Below, piece after piece: positions 27,964-38,522 of a stretch of DNA of 64,000 nucleotides. Numbering within the stretch: position 1 is the first letter of the stretch; each line of letters begins with the position of its first letter. This DNA comes from Bdellovibrionales bacterium. Its GTDB lineage: Bacteria; Bdellovibrionota; Bdellovibrionia; Bdellovibrionales; UBA1609. The DNA lies in contig JANQSP010000084.1 in NCBI GenBank assembly GCA_028283955.1, forward strand, positions 16,065 to 80,064, in the 5' to 3' direction. A model generated the notes under the pieces. That model did not search any database. It was not told the origin of the DNA and saw only the letters and a program-made list of their open reading frames with translations. Both the position numbers and the translations under genes were made by a program.

Positions 27964-28266
27964 TTACAGCACGGAAGACTCAGGAATACGGGTCATTATA
28001 TCAAATTCACAAAATAAGAATATAACAACCAAAAAAAACACTCCTGCTAAAAAAATGACAGGAAACAATTTATTGTCATACTTCAAATGCATGAAAAAGA
28101 GTAATACCAAAGTGGCCTTTATAGTGGCAATACCCATAGCGATTAACACATTAAAAACACCAAAATCCATTTGGGCCACCAACACAGTGAATACTGTCAA
28201 AACCAACAAGGCAGATAACACTTTAATATACACGTTGAACGGTACAATATGATGATTTGATGACAT
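27964..28266 (-). CDS. Cytochrome c oxidase subunit IV family protein
   Basis: 100 aa with three TM helices. 'HIVPFNVYIKVLSALLVLTVFTV' and 'FFMHLKYD' resemble CyoD/CtaF-type small subunits. Position is after subunit III. Confidence 0.7.
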   Translation of the reverse strand: MSSNHHIVPFNVYIKVLSALLVLTVFTVLVAQMDFGVFNVLIAMGIATIKATLVLLFFMHLKYDNKLFPVIFLAGVFFLVVIFLFCEFDIMTRIPESSVL

Positions 28267-28335
28267 ATTTTCTCCTTTTTTACAAAACCACCTGATTAAA
28301 ACTCATATCAGTTTTTTAAATCTTACTTGTTTGTT

Positions 28336-28370
28336 TTACTTTATCCTCTAAATCTGCCCTAAATAAAAAC
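28336..28370 (-). repeat. 35-nt stop-codon-adjacent motif, copy B (after ctaE)
   Basis: Plus strand 'ttactttatcctctaaatctgccctaaataaaaac'. Its last base is the G of the ctaE TAG stop (28370-28372). Confidence 0.6.
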
Positions 28371-29020
28371 TATTCCACCAGGTACAACAAAGGAAAAAGA
28401 TAAATCCATATTAAATCCACCAAGTGCCAAAAAAGACCCACACACTCAAGGGGGGTATAGTAAGAAGGGCCAAAATGCTTTTTATGGGATCGAATAATGA
28501 GCCAGAAGATGAGAACCATCCCCGCCAACACGTGAGACCCATGAAGACCTGTCATACAATAATAAAAGGAAAAATAAAGTGGAAGACCCTGTAAGGTAGC
28601 GGTTTCTGTATAGGAAAAAAAAGCTCCGGGGGCCAGACCCAAATGCAATTTATGAGAATACTCAATATATTTTACCCCCATGAAGATAAAACCACAAAGC
28701 AAAGTCAGCCATAAGCAGGAAGTGGATTTAGAACTCTGTCCTTTTTGAGCATAGTAAATACTCAGAGCCATAGTAAGAGAGCTGACAAGTAAAACGACTG
28801 TATTTAAAGCTCCTAACTTCCAATCCAAAAAAGTGGAACCCTGGAGAAAGATTTCCGGGTACATTCGCTTGTAAATGGCATAGCCAACAAAAAGTCCCCC
28901 AAACATCAAAATTTCTGTACAAAGAAAGAGCCATATTCCCAGCTTGCTGGCGGCCACTTCCTGCTCAGCACTGTCAAAATGATGAGCCACTTTATGTGGT
29001 TTTGCTTCAACTGTACTCAT
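28370..29020 (-). CDS. ctaE: Cytochrome c oxidase subunit III
   Basis: 'HHFDSAEQE', '[17 protein letters not shown]', '[10 protein letters not shown]', '[19 protein letters not shown]' are canonical subunit III blocks. Confidence 0.9.
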   Translation of the reverse strand: MSTVEAKPHKVAHHFDSAEQEVAASKLGIWLFLCTEILMFGGLFVGYAIYKRMYPEIFLQGSTFLDWKLGALNTVVLLVSSLTMALSIYYAQKGQSSKSTSCLWLTLLCGFIFMGVKYIEYSHKLHLGLAPGAFFSYTETATLQGLPLYFSFYYCMTGLHGSHVLAGMVLIFWLIIRSHKKHFGPSYYTPLECVGLFWHLVDLIWIYLFPLLYLVE

Positions 29021-30581
29021 AAGGATTTTTTCCTACCACCGGGGTTTTATGAAAATTTTCGTGAGGGGGAGGGGAGTCTGTCTGCCATTCCAAAGTCACC
29101 GCCCCCCAAGGATTAGAACTGGCTTTCTCGCCCTTAAAAAGAGCCTGCAGAACAACAAAAAACACAACGACAAAGCCCAAACCAATCATCCAGGATCCAA
29201 AAGTGGAAAGCTGGTTTAAAGGTTCATACGCCGGAACATAGTCATGATAACGACGGGGCATTCCCATAAAACCTAAAATAAACTGAGGAAAAAAAGTAAC
29301 ATTAAAGCCTACAAAGATGAGAAAAAAACTAATACGTCCCCAAAACTCATTATACATACGACCAAACATTTTGGGGAGCCAGTAATAAAGTCCTCCGGTA
29401 ATAGCCATCAAAGTTCCACCTACCATCACATAATGAAAATGAGCCACGACAAAGTAAGTGTCATGCACATGCACATCAAAAGCCAGTGTAGCCAGCATAA
29501 TCCCTGTTACTCCACCGATCACAAACAAAAATAAAAAACCATTAGCATAAAGCATAGGAGTATCAAATTTGATAGATCCCTGGTACATGGTAGCCACCCA
29601 GTTAAAAACTTTAATAGCCGTAGGTACTCCTACCAGCATAGTAAGAAAAGAAAACAAAACTCCCACCCATTCTGACTGGCCACTCACGAACATATGATGA
29701 CCCCATACAAAAAAACTCACTGCAGCGATCCCCACACTGGAAAAGGCAATAGCCTTATAGCCAAATATGGTTTTTCTGGAAAACGTGGTAATCAGCTCAC
29801 TAATGACCCCCATGGCGGGAAGAATCATAATATAAACTGCCGGGTGAGAATAAAACCAAAAAAAATGTTGAAATAAAACGGGATCCCCTCCCAACTTGGG
29901 ATCAAAAATACCTATACCCATAATTCTTTCCGCCGAAAGCAGAAGTAAAGTGATAGCCAAAACAGGTGTCGCCAGCACCTGAATAATAGCTGTTGAGTAA
30001 AGGGACCATACAAAAAGCGGCAGTTGAAAAAAGCCCATACCCTTTGCTCTAAGAGTATGAACAGTGACAATAAAATTAAGGCCGGTTAAAATGGAAGAAA
30101 ATCCCATAATAAAGGCCCCAAGAACTACCCAAAGTGTTCCGTTATCCGTCCGAATACTGTAAGGGGTATAGAAGGTCCAACCTGTGTCCACTCCATTAAA
30201 AAACAAAGAACAAAGAGCCACTATTGACCCCACAATCAAACAATACCAGGAAAGCAGATTCACTCTTGGAAAGGCAACATCCTTGGCTCCGATTTGCAAA
30301 GGTAAAAAGAAGTTGCCCAAAAAAGCGGGAATACCGGGTATAATCACCATAAACACCATAATGGCACCATGAAAGGTCATAAATTGATTGTAAACAGAAG
30401 CGGGAATAAAAGTCTCACCAGCTCCAAAAAGTTCCAGGCGCATAAGGAGAGCAAACACCCCTCCCACCAAAAAGAAAGTAAAAACAGTAATCATATAAAG
30501 AATACCAATCCTTTTATGATCCAAAGTAAATAACCAGGAAGTAAGACCTTTTTTTTCGTTTAAATAATTTACAGACATCAT
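29007..30581 (-). CDS. ctaD: Cytochrome c oxidase subunit I
   Basis: 'DHKRIGILY', '[14 protein letters not shown]', '[14 protein letters not shown]', 'HHMF', 'VAHFHYVM' are heme a/a3-CuB ligand motifs. Confidence 0.97.
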   Translation of the reverse strand: MMSVNYLNEKKGLTSWLFTLDHKRIGILYMITVFTFFLVGGVFALLMRLELFGAGETFIPASVYNQFMTFHGAIMVFMVIIPGIPAFLGNFFLPLQIGAKDVAFPRVNLLSWYCLIVGSIVALCSLFFNGVDTGWTFYTPYSIRTDNGTLWVVLGAFIMGFSSILTGLNFIVTVHTLRAKGMGFFQLPLFVWSLYSTAIIQVLATPVLAITLLLLSAERIMGIGIFDPKLGGDPVLFQHFFWFYSHPAVYIMILPAMGVISELITTFSRKTIFGYKAIAFSSVGIAAVSFFVWGHHMFVSGQSEWVGVLFSFLTMLVGVPTAIKVFNWVATMYQGSIKFDTPMLYANGFLFLFVIGGVTGIMLATLAFDVHVHDTYFVVAHFHYVMVGGTLMAITGGLYYWLPKMFGRMYNEFWGRISFFLIFVGFNVTFFPQFILGFMGMPRRYHDYVPAYEPLNQLSTFGSWMIGLGFVVVFFVVLQALFKGEKASSNPWGAVTLEWQTDSPPPHENFHKTPVVGKNPYEYS

Positions 30582-31543
30582 TTATCCTTTTGTTCTATTT
30601 TTAAAGATTTAATATATTCAATCAGCCCTGTCATTTCCTCTTCCTGTAAAAGACCGGCAAAAGGAGTCATCATATTCCCATATCCTTTTACAACACGCGC
30701 AGAAGGATTCAAAATAGATTCTCTTATATAATTCTCATCCACAACAAGACTCCCCCCCTTTTCAAACTCCCGTTTGGCTCCGAAAAGTCCTGCCAAACCC
30801 GGGCCAATCCTTTTTTCCTGTGTAGCTGTATGACAGGCTGTACAGCTTTTTTGAAACACACTTTCCCCTATTTGAGAAATACTCATACCTTTATAAGGGT
30901 CTTTAACCAGCCACTCTTCCCATTCCCTCAAACCCATAACATGAACCGTGGCCAGCATACTGGAATGACCAGCTCCACAAAACTCCGCACAAAACACCGG
31001 AAATTTTCCTTTTTTCCGAGCTGTAAAAGACAAAGCTGTATAGGAACCGGGAAGCACATCCTGTTTAATACGAAAAGAGGGAATAAAAAAACTATGAATC
31101 ACATCCCTGGAACTCATTATTAATTTTACCGGCTTATCTACTGGAACAGTAAGAACACGTGAGCTTTTACGCCCATTCTTATATACAAAGTCCCAATTCC
31201 ACATTTGACCATAGACATGAATTTCCAAAGCATTTTTCGGATGATCCCTCATTTTGTCATAAACCAACCAGCCCCATCCAAAAACAAACATAAAAATAAC
31301 AAAAGGAATAAAACTCCAGAGAAATTCCAACAAGTAATGATGTGTGATGGCCGGGGGTTTATCCGCTTCCGATTTTCTACGAAAACGAATAGAGAAGTAC
31401 ACAAACCCGCCTATTACCAAAATAGAGGCTAATACACTAATTTCCAGTAAAAAATAAATCAGTTGATCTACTTCTTTTGCCAAATCTGTAGCGGCAACAG
31501 GCAACCAGGCTGCTTCCGCTGAATTAATTAAAAGGTATAACAC
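30578..31543 (-). CDS. ctaC: Cytochrome c oxidase subunit II with fused C-terminal cytochrome c domain (caa3-type)
   Basis: CuA site '[11 protein letters not shown]...[12 protein letters not shown]'. C-terminal heme-binding 'CTACH'. GTG start abuts the SCO gene stop. Confidence 0.9.
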   Translation of the reverse strand: MLYLLINSAEAAWLPVAATDLAKEVDQLIYFLLEISVLASILVIGGFVYFSIRFRRKSEADKPPAITHHYLLEFLWSFIPFVIFMFVFGWGWLVYDKMRDHPKNALEIHVYGQMWNWDFVYKNGRKSSRVLTVPVDKPVKLIMSSRDVIHSFFIPSFRIKQDVLPGSYTALSFTARKKGKFPVFCAEFCGAGHSSMLATVHVMGLREWEEWLVKDPYKGMSISQIGESVFQKSCTACHTATQEKRIGPGLAGLFGAKREFEKGGSLVVDENYIRESILNPSARVVKGYGNMMTPFAGLLQEEEMTGLIEYIKSLKIEQKDK

Positions 31544-32404
31544 TTAAGATTCTCTCTTTTTTAATTTTTTATTTTCTCGAATCCATACCGGCAATAAAAA
31601 AAACAAAAGCAGGAAAAGAGTCAAAGCTCCTCCCGCTCTCATAATATTATAAGCATACCAAGAATAACGTCTGCTTTTCGGATCAAACTGAAAGCAAAAT
31701 AAAAGGATCCGATCCACAATAGATCCTATTTTCCCCTGACTGGCTTCCACCAAAGAGAGGCGTAAAGTCTGTGTTTGAAAGGTAACACCGTAAAGATAAC
31801 GGGAAATCCTACCAGCCGGAGTCAGAATATAAGCCACGGGTAAATGAGCATATATTTTTTGATTATCGTCCCATCTAAACTTAAAACCCACTTGTTCACT
31901 TAAAGAGGCAATACTCTTTTTTTCCCCTACCAGAAAATGAGTTCTTTCAGAAGGAAGAGAATATTTAGTAATATAACTTTGTTTTTTCTTTAAAGCCAAT
32001 TCCGGGGTTTCTGTATGGTCCATACTTACCAATACAAAATTAAAACTGTTCTTAAATTCCATCGGTAAACCTTTTAAAGCTTCAGACAAGCCATTTAAAT
32101 GCAGTCCACATAAATTGGGGCAACCATAATAGATAACAGATAATAAAATGGGCCGGTTATTTTCAAAAAAACCCTTCAGCGCGACCTTATTTCCCTGTTC
32201 ATCAGTAAATTTCAGATGGAGATCTATACTGGACCCTGTTTTTTCTTCTATCTCAAGTCCTTTTAATTCCTCAGGCACCTGGGAAGCTGAAAAACTTCTT
32301 TTGGGATCATAAGCTGTCGAAGAAAAGCCCCATACAGAGGTAAACAGGGCTCCTATGACTATAAATAAGGTATTAAGAATGTATCTTCTTTTTCTCTGTT
32401 CCAC
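31544..32404 (-). CDS. SCO1/SenC family copper chaperone
   Basis: N-terminal TM, thioredoxin-fold 'VIYYGCPNLCG' (CxxxC). An extra C-terminal TM tail 'GGALTLFLLLFFLLPVWI'. Confidence 0.8.
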   Translation of the reverse strand: MEQRKRRYILNTLFIVIGALFTSVWGFSSTAYDPKRSFSASQVPEELKGLEIEEKTGSSIDLHLKFTDEQGNKVALKGFFENNRPILLSVIYYGCPNLCGLHLNGLSEALKGLPMEFKNSFNFVLVSMDHTETPELALKKKQSYITKYSLPSERTHFLVGEKKSIASLSEQVGFKFRWDDNQKIYAHLPVAYILTPAGRISRYLYGVTFQTQTLRLSLVEASQGKIGSIVDRILLFCFQFDPKSRRYSWYAYNIMRAGGALTLFLLLFFLLPVWIRENKKLKKRES

Positions 32405-32439
32405 GATCCTGTCTCTTTAAGTTCATTTTAAGTAAAAAG

Positions 32440-32961
32440 CTATTTGGCGGTTTTAGCAAATTCCTTAAGTTTTTCAATATTATCTTCCACCTTATCTTTT
32501 GTTATAGAGCGAACATAATGTACCAAGGCCCAACGATCCAGCTTGGATAAATAAGAAAAGGAAACCATGGAGCTGCCCTCAATACCCTGAACCAAAGTAG
32601 TGTACATGCTGATTGAGTCGCCCCCCTTCTTCCATTCTCCTGTTATCAGGTTACGGGGAGCCGGTTTTAAACCTGCAGCGGCCAGACCATCGCCCAGTCC
32701 TGTTTTTCCATGGCAGGAAGCGCAGTATGTTTGATACACCCTGGATCCATGGGCAATCAACACCTCACTGGAAATCCAGGGGTCTTTAATCTGAGAGACA
32801 TCGACAGCACCCGCGGTACTGTCATTTACAGGTAAGACAGAGCCTTGCTCCAACTCAGCCAGTTCCATGTGAGTAGAAAAAAAGACCAAATAAATAAACC
32901 AGGCAAAACTAAAAAAAACAGAAGCCAGTAAAATAATTAAACCGCTTTTATTATAGTTCAT
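32440..32961 (-). CDS. Membrane-anchored c-type cytochrome
   Basis: N-terminal TM. Heme motif 'CASCHG'. Distal Met region 'GSSMVSF'. First gene of the oxidase cluster. Confidence 0.75.
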   Translation of the reverse strand: MNYNKSGLIILLASVFFSFAWFIYLVFFSTHMELAELEQGSVLPVNDSTAGAVDVSQIKDPWISSEVLIAHGSRVYQTYCASCHGKTGLGDGLAAAGLKPAPRNLITGEWKKGGDSISMYTTLVQGIEGSSMVSFSYLSKLDRWALVHYVRSITKDKVEDNIEKLKEFAKTAK

Positions 32962-33038
32962 AAACTTTCCTTAGCTTTTTTTTTATGTTTTTTCAAATAA
33001 ACCTTTTCAAAACAAGATTTTTTTTTAATAATAAAGCT

Positions 33039-33773
33039 ATGTCCTCCATGCCTTTTTTTATAGCAAGCTTTGTACTACTTGTCTCTGTTTCCTGTGTAAG
33101 CACTTACACATCGCTACAAGAACTACAGCCAGGATCAAGTAAGGAAAGAGTGCGAAATACAGTTGGAAAACCATTTTTCGTTGGCCGGTCAGACGGAACA
33201 GACCACTGGACTTATAAGTTCAAATGGAATTCTCAGGAATACACACGCAATGTATTTTTTGATGAAGGCAAAGTACAAAAAGTAGGTCCGTTAACTCCTT
33301 ATCCCAATTACAAACAAAAAATGATAGAGGCAGAATCCATGGAGGAGTACGAAATCAATGCAGCTCTTTATCAAAAACAAAAGCAGGACGGTTTCCGTGA
33401 AATCAATTCTTTAAACAAGCAAAACAATATTCCCCGCTTCTGCTCAAGTAGATTTAGTGATACAAACATCCCGAGTTGCAAAAACATAATAAAAGACACT
33501 AAATTTATGCCCCGTGCTCTTAGGTTTTGTGATAACAAAACAAGCCAGACAAAGCAGTTAAGATGTTTGAAAATCATATCAAATAAGAAGTTCAGCCATT
33601 CAGCACTTAACTTCTGCAATAGTAAAATAAGTCATATACAACAGTTCAGATGCCTGAAAATCATATCAAATAAGAGGTTTAGCCATTCAGCACTCAACTT
33701 CTGTAATAAAAGTGCACAGACCTCTGATATAAGGTTAAAGTGCTTACGTAACCTTGGAAACACACAAATCTAA
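33039..33773 (+). CDS. Lipoprotein with BamE/OmlA-like N-domain and Cys-containing C-terminal repeats
   Basis: Start set at ATG 33039 (MSSMPFFIASFVLLVSVSC lipobox). 'GSSKERVRNTVGKPFFVGRSDGTDHWTYKF' resembles SmpA/OmlA. C-terminus carries a 29-aa duplicated unit 'RCLKIISNK(K/R)FSHSALNFCN'. Confidence 0.55.
   Translation: MSSMPFFIASFVLLVSVSCVSTYTSLQELQPGSSKERVRNTVGKPFFVGRSDGTDHWTYKFKWNSQEYTRNVFFDEGKVQKVGPLTPYPNYKQKMIEAESMEEYEINAALYQKQKQDGFREINSLNKQNNIPRFCSSRFSDTNIPSCKNIIKDTKFMPRALRFCDNKTSQTKQLRCLKIISNKKFSHSALNFCNSKISHIQQFRCLKIISNKRFSHSALNFCNKSAQTSDIRLKCLRNLGNTQI
33555..33708 (+). repeat. Intragenic tandem duplication, 87-nt period, two copies about 90% identical over 67 nt
   Basis: 33555-33621 'cagttaagatgtttgaaaatcatatcaaataagaagttcagccattcagcacttaacttctgcaata' versus 33642-33708 'cagttcagatgcctgaaaatcatatcaaataagaggtttagccattcagcactcaacttctgtaata', with 7 mismatches. 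Confidence 0.85.
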
Positions 33774-33786
33774 TTCTCCACTATTC

Positions 33787-34596
33787 TTATTCTTTAGATA
33801 CATCCAGGGCCATATACTGCTCCCAACTAAGATCCACAGATAAAAAAGATAATTCAGAGACCAAACACATAGCTTTAATAGGGTTTAAATTTTTGATAAC
33901 CAAAACACCATCTTTTTGAGATTCTATAATTTCTTTTGCATTCCAGTGAAAACGGGGATCTTCCAAAACAGATAAAACCTGACTTTCTATGTCAGTTGAA
34001 TCCACTCCGGCAACACATAGGTCATAACGTAAAAAACCTTTCTGTGAAGTAGCCTGAGCATTTCCATATTCTTCCACATCTGAAAAATTCTGGCTTACTC
34101 CTTCGCTTTCTTCCACTAACTCCGATTCCTCCTCCATAGAATTTTCTTCCTGCTCAGAAATAAATTCTGAAGAATCTTCGTCCTGAAGATCTATTGACTT
34201 TTCCTCATATGTGACATTCCCACTTTCATTTTCCAATTCCGAGGGTTCCAAAGGGTCATCCATTTCAGACAAATCACCGGCTTCCTCCCCATCAAGAGCA
34301 ACCTCGCCCTTCGCTTCTGAATCAGCAACTACTTCTTCCTCATAGGAAGGAGATTCCTCTTCCATCATCTGTCCGTCAACCTCCTCTTCCTTTGGCGCTT
34401 CTGATTCCGTTCCCTCTGAAACAGACGAAGATACAGAAGGGTCATTTTGTGATTCATAAACCACTTTAAGAGACTGATTTTCCCACTTAAAAACAGACTG
34501 ACAATGATCACAAGAAAACATGTCCCCCATATCCCCCGCTTCCCCTAAAGGAGGAGGACTAAATTCCTGATGGCAACAGGGACATACTTGTTTCAT
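33787..34596 (-). CDS. MJ0042-type zinc-ribbon protein with long acidic linker and conserved C-terminal domain
   Basis: 'CPCCHQEF...[12 protein letters not shown]' 4-Cys ribbon, about 130 aa of D/E/S-rich low complexity, and a C-terminal globular segment. The ATG overlaps the secA TGA (ATGA). Confidence 0.6.
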   Translation of the reverse strand: MKQVCPCCHQEFSPPPLGEAGDMGDMFSCDHCQSVFKWENQSLKVVYESQNDPSVSSSVSEGTESEAPKEEEVDGQMMEEESPSYEEEVVADSEAKGEVALDGEEAGDLSEMDDPLEPSELENESGNVTYEEKSIDLQDEDSSEFISEQEENSMEEESELVEESEGVSQNFSDVEEYGNAQATSQKGFLRYDLCVAGVDSTDIESQVLSVLEDPRFHWNAKEIIESQKDGVLVIKNLNPIKAMCLVSELSFLSVDLSWEQYMALDVSKE

Positions 34597-37295
34597 ATTT
34601 TAATCCTCTTCTTTTTCAAACTTTGCTTTTGTTTCCTTCGTTGAGCCCGATTCAACTGCTGACGGGAACCCGTATTACGGGTAGAGCCTTCATTCATAGA
34701 TGCCGCCTTCTGGGAAGAGGGAAGAGTAACTTTAACCTGTGGACGATCATAATCCAAATCCTGGTCACTATAAGTGTTTCGCATTTGATAGTCCTCAGGC
34801 TCATCCAACTGCACTTTAAAGAGTTTTTCCATAGATTCTGATATCACCTGAAAGTTCAGGTGTTCAAACAAAGCAAAAGATTCTTTCTTATATTCTACAA
34901 GAGGATCTTTTTGTGCATAAGCCCTTAAATTAATACCTTCTTTTAAACGATCAATGTTTTCCAAATGTTCCTTCCACCTGACATCCAGAGTTTGAAGCAA
35001 AATAAGCTGAGCTACAGGTTTAAAGTGCTCTTTTAATTCTTCTGTCTTCACATCATATGCTTTTTTAACCACTGATTTAACCACAGATACAATATCACCA
35101 CTATCACTTACTCCTTTTGGATCAACATGAGAAGGAGGAGAGGGATCCGCTAATTCTCCCACTGATGGAACTTCAGGAAGAGAAACACCAAACTGCTTAT
35201 AAATAGCCTGGTCCAATCCTTTTAAATTCCATTTTTCCGACTTGACCTGTTCACTCACATAAGTATCCAGTAAAAAAGAGGTTACTTCACTCAGAAACTC
35301 CAGACATTGTCTCTCTATTTTTTCCAAATCCATAATATTTCTTCGTAGTTTATAGATAACTGTTCTTTGCTGATTCATCACATTGTCATATTCCAGGAGA
35401 TGTTTTCTGATATCAAAATTATGTCCCTCCACCCGCTTCTGAGCCCGAGCTATGGATCTGGTTACAGCCCGGGCAGTAATAGCTTCATTATCCGGAACCC
35501 CCAGCATATCCATCGTTTTTTGCATGCCCTGGCCACCAAAAATTCTCATCAAATCATCTTCCAATGACAAATAAAAACAAGAAGCTCCGGGATCTCCCTG
35601 TCGACCGGAACGCCCTCTTAATTGATTATCAATACGCCTGGACTCATGTCTTTCCGTACCAATAATATACAAGCCTCCCGCTTCCAATACCTTCTGTTTT
35701 TCCTGTTCACAAATATGTTTGAATTTAGCAAGAGACCGCTCTCTTAACTCATCATCAGCTTCTTCATTTAATTCAGCACGAGATAAAAATTCCGGATTTC
35801 CTCCTAAAATAATATCTGTTCCCCGACCTGCCATATTAGTGGCAATTGTTACTGCCCCCAATCTTCCGGCTTGAGCTATAATCTCCGCTTCTTTTTCATG
35901 ATGTTTGGCATTTAGAACATTGTGTTTGATACCCGCTCCTTTTAACATAACAGACAGTTTTTCCGAAGTTTCAATACTTACTGTACCCACCAAAATAGGT
36001 TGGCCACGCTGATGGGCCTGTTTTATTTCATCAATAATGGCGTTGAATTTAACTTTTTGGTTCTTATAAATAATATCGTTACGATCTTCTCTGCGTATAG
36101 GTTTATTTGTAGGAACTACAAAAACATTTAAATTATAAATTTTACCAAATTCCACCGCTTCTGTTTCCGCCGTTCCCGTCATTCCAGCCAATTTTGAATA
36201 CATTCTAAAATAATTTTGAAATGTCACTGAAGCTAAAGTTTGATTTTCCTTTTTTACTCTCACATTTTCCTTGGCTTCTATTGCCTGATGAAGCCCATCA
36301 CTCCATCTTCTTCCAGGCATTAATCTTCCTGTAAATTCATCTACGATCACTATCTCATTGTCTTTCACCATATAGTCCACATCTTTCTTAAAAAGATAAT
36401 GTGCCTTTAATGCCTGATAAATGTGATGAACTAATTCAATATGGGCAATATCATAAAGATTTTTAATTTTTAAAAGTTGCTCTACCTTAGAGTTACCCTC
36501 CTCAGTCAAAGAGACAGTTTTGGATTTTTCCTCCATAGTAAAATGCACATCCTTGGTAAGGTGAGGAACAATACGATTAACATGAATATATTTTTCTGTA
36601 GAATCTTCCTTCGGGCCGGAAATAATAAGAGGAGTACGTGCTTCATCAATTAAAATAGAGTCACATTCATCCACAATAGCAAAGTTTAGGTCCCTTTGCA
36701 CACATTGCTCCAGATCAAATTTCATATTATCTCTTAAGTAATCGAAGCCAAACTCATTATTGGTACCATAAGTAATATCCGCTCCATAAGCCTGTTTTCT
36801 TTCCTGGTCTGTCAGATCGTGCACAATAGTTCCTGTACTGAGTCCCAACCAATTATACACTTGCCCCATCCATTCCGTATCCCGACGAGCCAGGTAATCA
36901 TTTACCGTTACAACATGAACACCTTTACCTTCCAGGGCATTAAGATAAACGGGAAGGGTGGCTACCAGTGTTTTTCCCTCTCCCGTTTTCATTTCAGCAA
37001 TCTGACCTCTATGTAAAACAACTCCTCCGATCAACTGAACATCATAGTGACGTAATCCCAGTACACGGCGAGAAGCTTCACGACAAACAGCAAAGCTCTC
37101 CGGTATCAGCTCATCCAATGAACACCCTTTTTCTATCCTGTCTTTAAATTCATTTGTTTTATTTTGAAGATCGGTATCAGATAAAGCTTTCACCATTTTC
37201 TCAAGAGAATTAACCTTCTCCACTAAAGGAACAAAAGATTTAAGTTCCCTCTCATGGTGAGTGCCGAAAAGACGAGTTAAAAAAGATTCAATCAT
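34593..37295 (-). CDS. secA: Preprotein translocase ATPase SecA
   Basis: '[14 protein letters not shown]', '[23 protein letters not shown]', 'LAGMTGTA', '[12 protein letters not shown]', '[31 protein letters not shown]'. The C-terminus is a Lys/Arg tail with no Cys-rich zinc-binding motif. Confidence 0.97.
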   Translation of the reverse strand: MIESFLTRLFGTHHERELKSFVPLVEKVNSLEKMVKALSDTDLQNKTNEFKDRIEKGCSLDELIPESFAVCREASRRVLGLRHYDVQLIGGVVLHRGQIAEMKTGEGKTLVATLPVYLNALEGKGVHVVTVNDYLARRDTEWMGQVYNWLGLSTGTIVHDLTDQERKQAYGADITYGTNNEFGFDYLRDNMKFDLEQCVQRDLNFAIVDECDSILIDEARTPLIISGPKEDSTEKYIHVNRIVPHLTKDVHFTMEEKSKTVSLTEEGNSKVEQLLKIKNLYDIAHIELVHHIYQALKAHYLFKKDVDYMVKDNEIVIVDEFTGRLMPGRRWSDGLHQAIEAKENVRVKKENQTLASVTFQNYFRMYSKLAGMTGTAETEAVEFGKIYNLNVFVVPTNKPIRREDRNDIIYKNQKVKFNAIIDEIKQAHQRGQPILVGTVSIETSEKLSVMLKGAGIKHNVLNAKHHEKEAEIIAQAGRLGAVTIATNMAGRGTDIILGGNPEFLSRAELNEEADDELRERSLAKFKHICEQEKQKVLEAGGLYIIGTERHESRRIDNQLRGRSGRQGDPGASCFYLSLEDDLMRIFGGQGMQKTMDMLGVPDNEAITARAVTRSIARAQKRVEGHNFDIRKHLLEYDNVMNQQRTVIYKLRRNIMDLEKIERQCLEFLSEVTSFLLDTYVSEQVKSEKWNLKGLDQAIYKQFGVSLPEVPSVGELADPSPPSHVDPKGVSDSGDIVSVVKSVVKKAYDVKTEELKEHFKPVAQLILLQTLDVRWKEHLENIDRLKEGINLRAYAQKDPLVEYKKESFALFEHLNFQVISESMEKLFKVQLDEPEDYQMRNTYSDQDLDYDRPQVKVTLPSSQKAASMNEGSTRNTGSRQQLNRAQRRKQKQSLKKKRIKI

Positions 37296-37368
37296 TATGA
37301 AGTAAAAATACAGTGATTTGCATATCTTTGTCTAGTTTCGACTAAACAATCTGACCTCTTATTATAAA

Positions 37369-37848
37369 TCACGTAAGACTATCAGATCGGGAAATTTGCC
37401 GATAAGCTTCAAAAACAGTCATCGCAACAGCATTGGATAGATTTAAAGAACGCACAGGCCCCGGAACAGGAATGGCCAGTATTTGTTTTTGTTCCAGATA
37501 AGGCAAAAGAAAATTCAAACCTTTAGATTCAGAACCAAATACAAACCAGTCACCTCTCTTGAACTGGCAGTTATAGATACTTTTTTGCCCCTTTGTTGAC
37601 AGATAAAACACTCTTTGCCCCACTAATTGGGTTTTCATCTCTTCCCAATGAGAATAAACCCTGTAATTCAAATCTGGCCAATAATCAAGACCAGCCCGTT
37701 TTAGTTGTCGATCACTGATTTCAAAACCTAAAGGCTTTACCAAATGCAGACAACTATGATACCCAACACAGGTTCTTCCTATATTTCCCGTATTATAAGG
37801 AATTTCAGGGCGAACCAATACGATATTAATTAAAGGAAATTCAGACAT
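37369..37848 (-). CDS. trmL: tRNA (cytidine/uridine-2'-O-)-methyltransferase TrmL (SpoU/TrmH family)
   Basis: 'LVRPEIPYNTGNIGRTC', 'FGSESKGL', 'IPVPGPVRSLNLSNAV' are SPOUT motifs 1-3. Size 159 aa. Confidence 0.85.
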   Translation of the reverse strand: MSEFPLINIVLVRPEIPYNTGNIGRTCVGYHSCLHLVKPLGFEISDRQLKRAGLDYWPDLNYRVYSHWEEMKTQLVGQRVFYLSTKGQKSIYNCQFKRGDWFVFGSESKGLNFLLPYLEQKQILAIPVPGPVRSLNLSNAVAMTVFEAYRQISRSDSLT

Positions 37849-37850
37849 TT

Positions 37851-38522
37851 TTATTGAATTAATGAAATCGGTTTAAAGTTTTCAGGTATTTGAATATCAA
37901 ACAAATCACTATTTATTTCAGGAAAAAAGGAGGAATACTTAAAATTAAAAGTAAAATCCTCACTTTTTAAAAGTAAAATCCTTTTCTTCCCTCTCGTCCA
38001 TTGTATTGTCCACTTTGAATTTCGACATTCAAAAGGAAGATCCTGTTCATCTGTTTTACAGATCCAGGTTTTTCCTTCCGGTTTTCTGTCAAAAAATATA
38101 TCTTTAAATATGGAAAACTTTAAATCTTTAGGAAAAAAAGCCAAAAGAGCACTATCATTCTTATCTCCCTTATAAAATTTTCTTTTTCGCAAAAATAAAA
38201 AAGTAATATCATCTGCATCCAATAAAAGTGTAAAAACAGATATTCCAGGAGGAACACTTAAATCCATTCGCATCTTATTTTTCTCTGATACCAGAAGATC
38301 CGCATTAAAGTAGTGTTTATTCTCCCCCTGAGAAATAAGCACTGTTCCTGAAAAGGCTCCGGTTTTATAAGCACTTAAATTACTAAAAATAACAGTTTTT
38401 CTTTTAAAGAGGGTATGACAGGAGACACAAGTACTGATAAGCAGGATCAAAAAAAGCAGATATTTACACAGCCAGTTGAATAGACAGAAGCTTTTCTTGC
38501 AGTTTTTTCTTTTTATCCTCAT
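37851..38522 (-). CDS. Hypothetical lipoprotein, possibly LolB/LolA-fold
   Basis: Probable start at ATG 38522, giving 'LLFLILLISTCVSC' lipobox-like signal; the ORF is open to 38570 and overlaps the upstream TPR gene. The beta-rich pattern 'FSGTVLISQGENKHYFNADLLV..MRMDLSVPPGISVFTLLLD' resembles the LolB family by eye only. Confidence 0.45.
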   Translation of the reverse strand: MRIKRKNCKKSFCLFNWLCKYLLFLILLISTCVSCHTLFKRKTVIFSNLSAYKTGAFSGTVLISQGENKHYFNADLLVSEKNKMRMDLSVPPGISVFTLLLDADDITFLFLRKRKFYKGDKNDSALLAFFPKDLKFSIFKDIFFDRKPEGKTWICKTDEQDLPFECRNSKWTIQWTRGKKRILLLKSEDFTFNFKYSSFFPEINSDLFDIQIPENFKPISLIQ

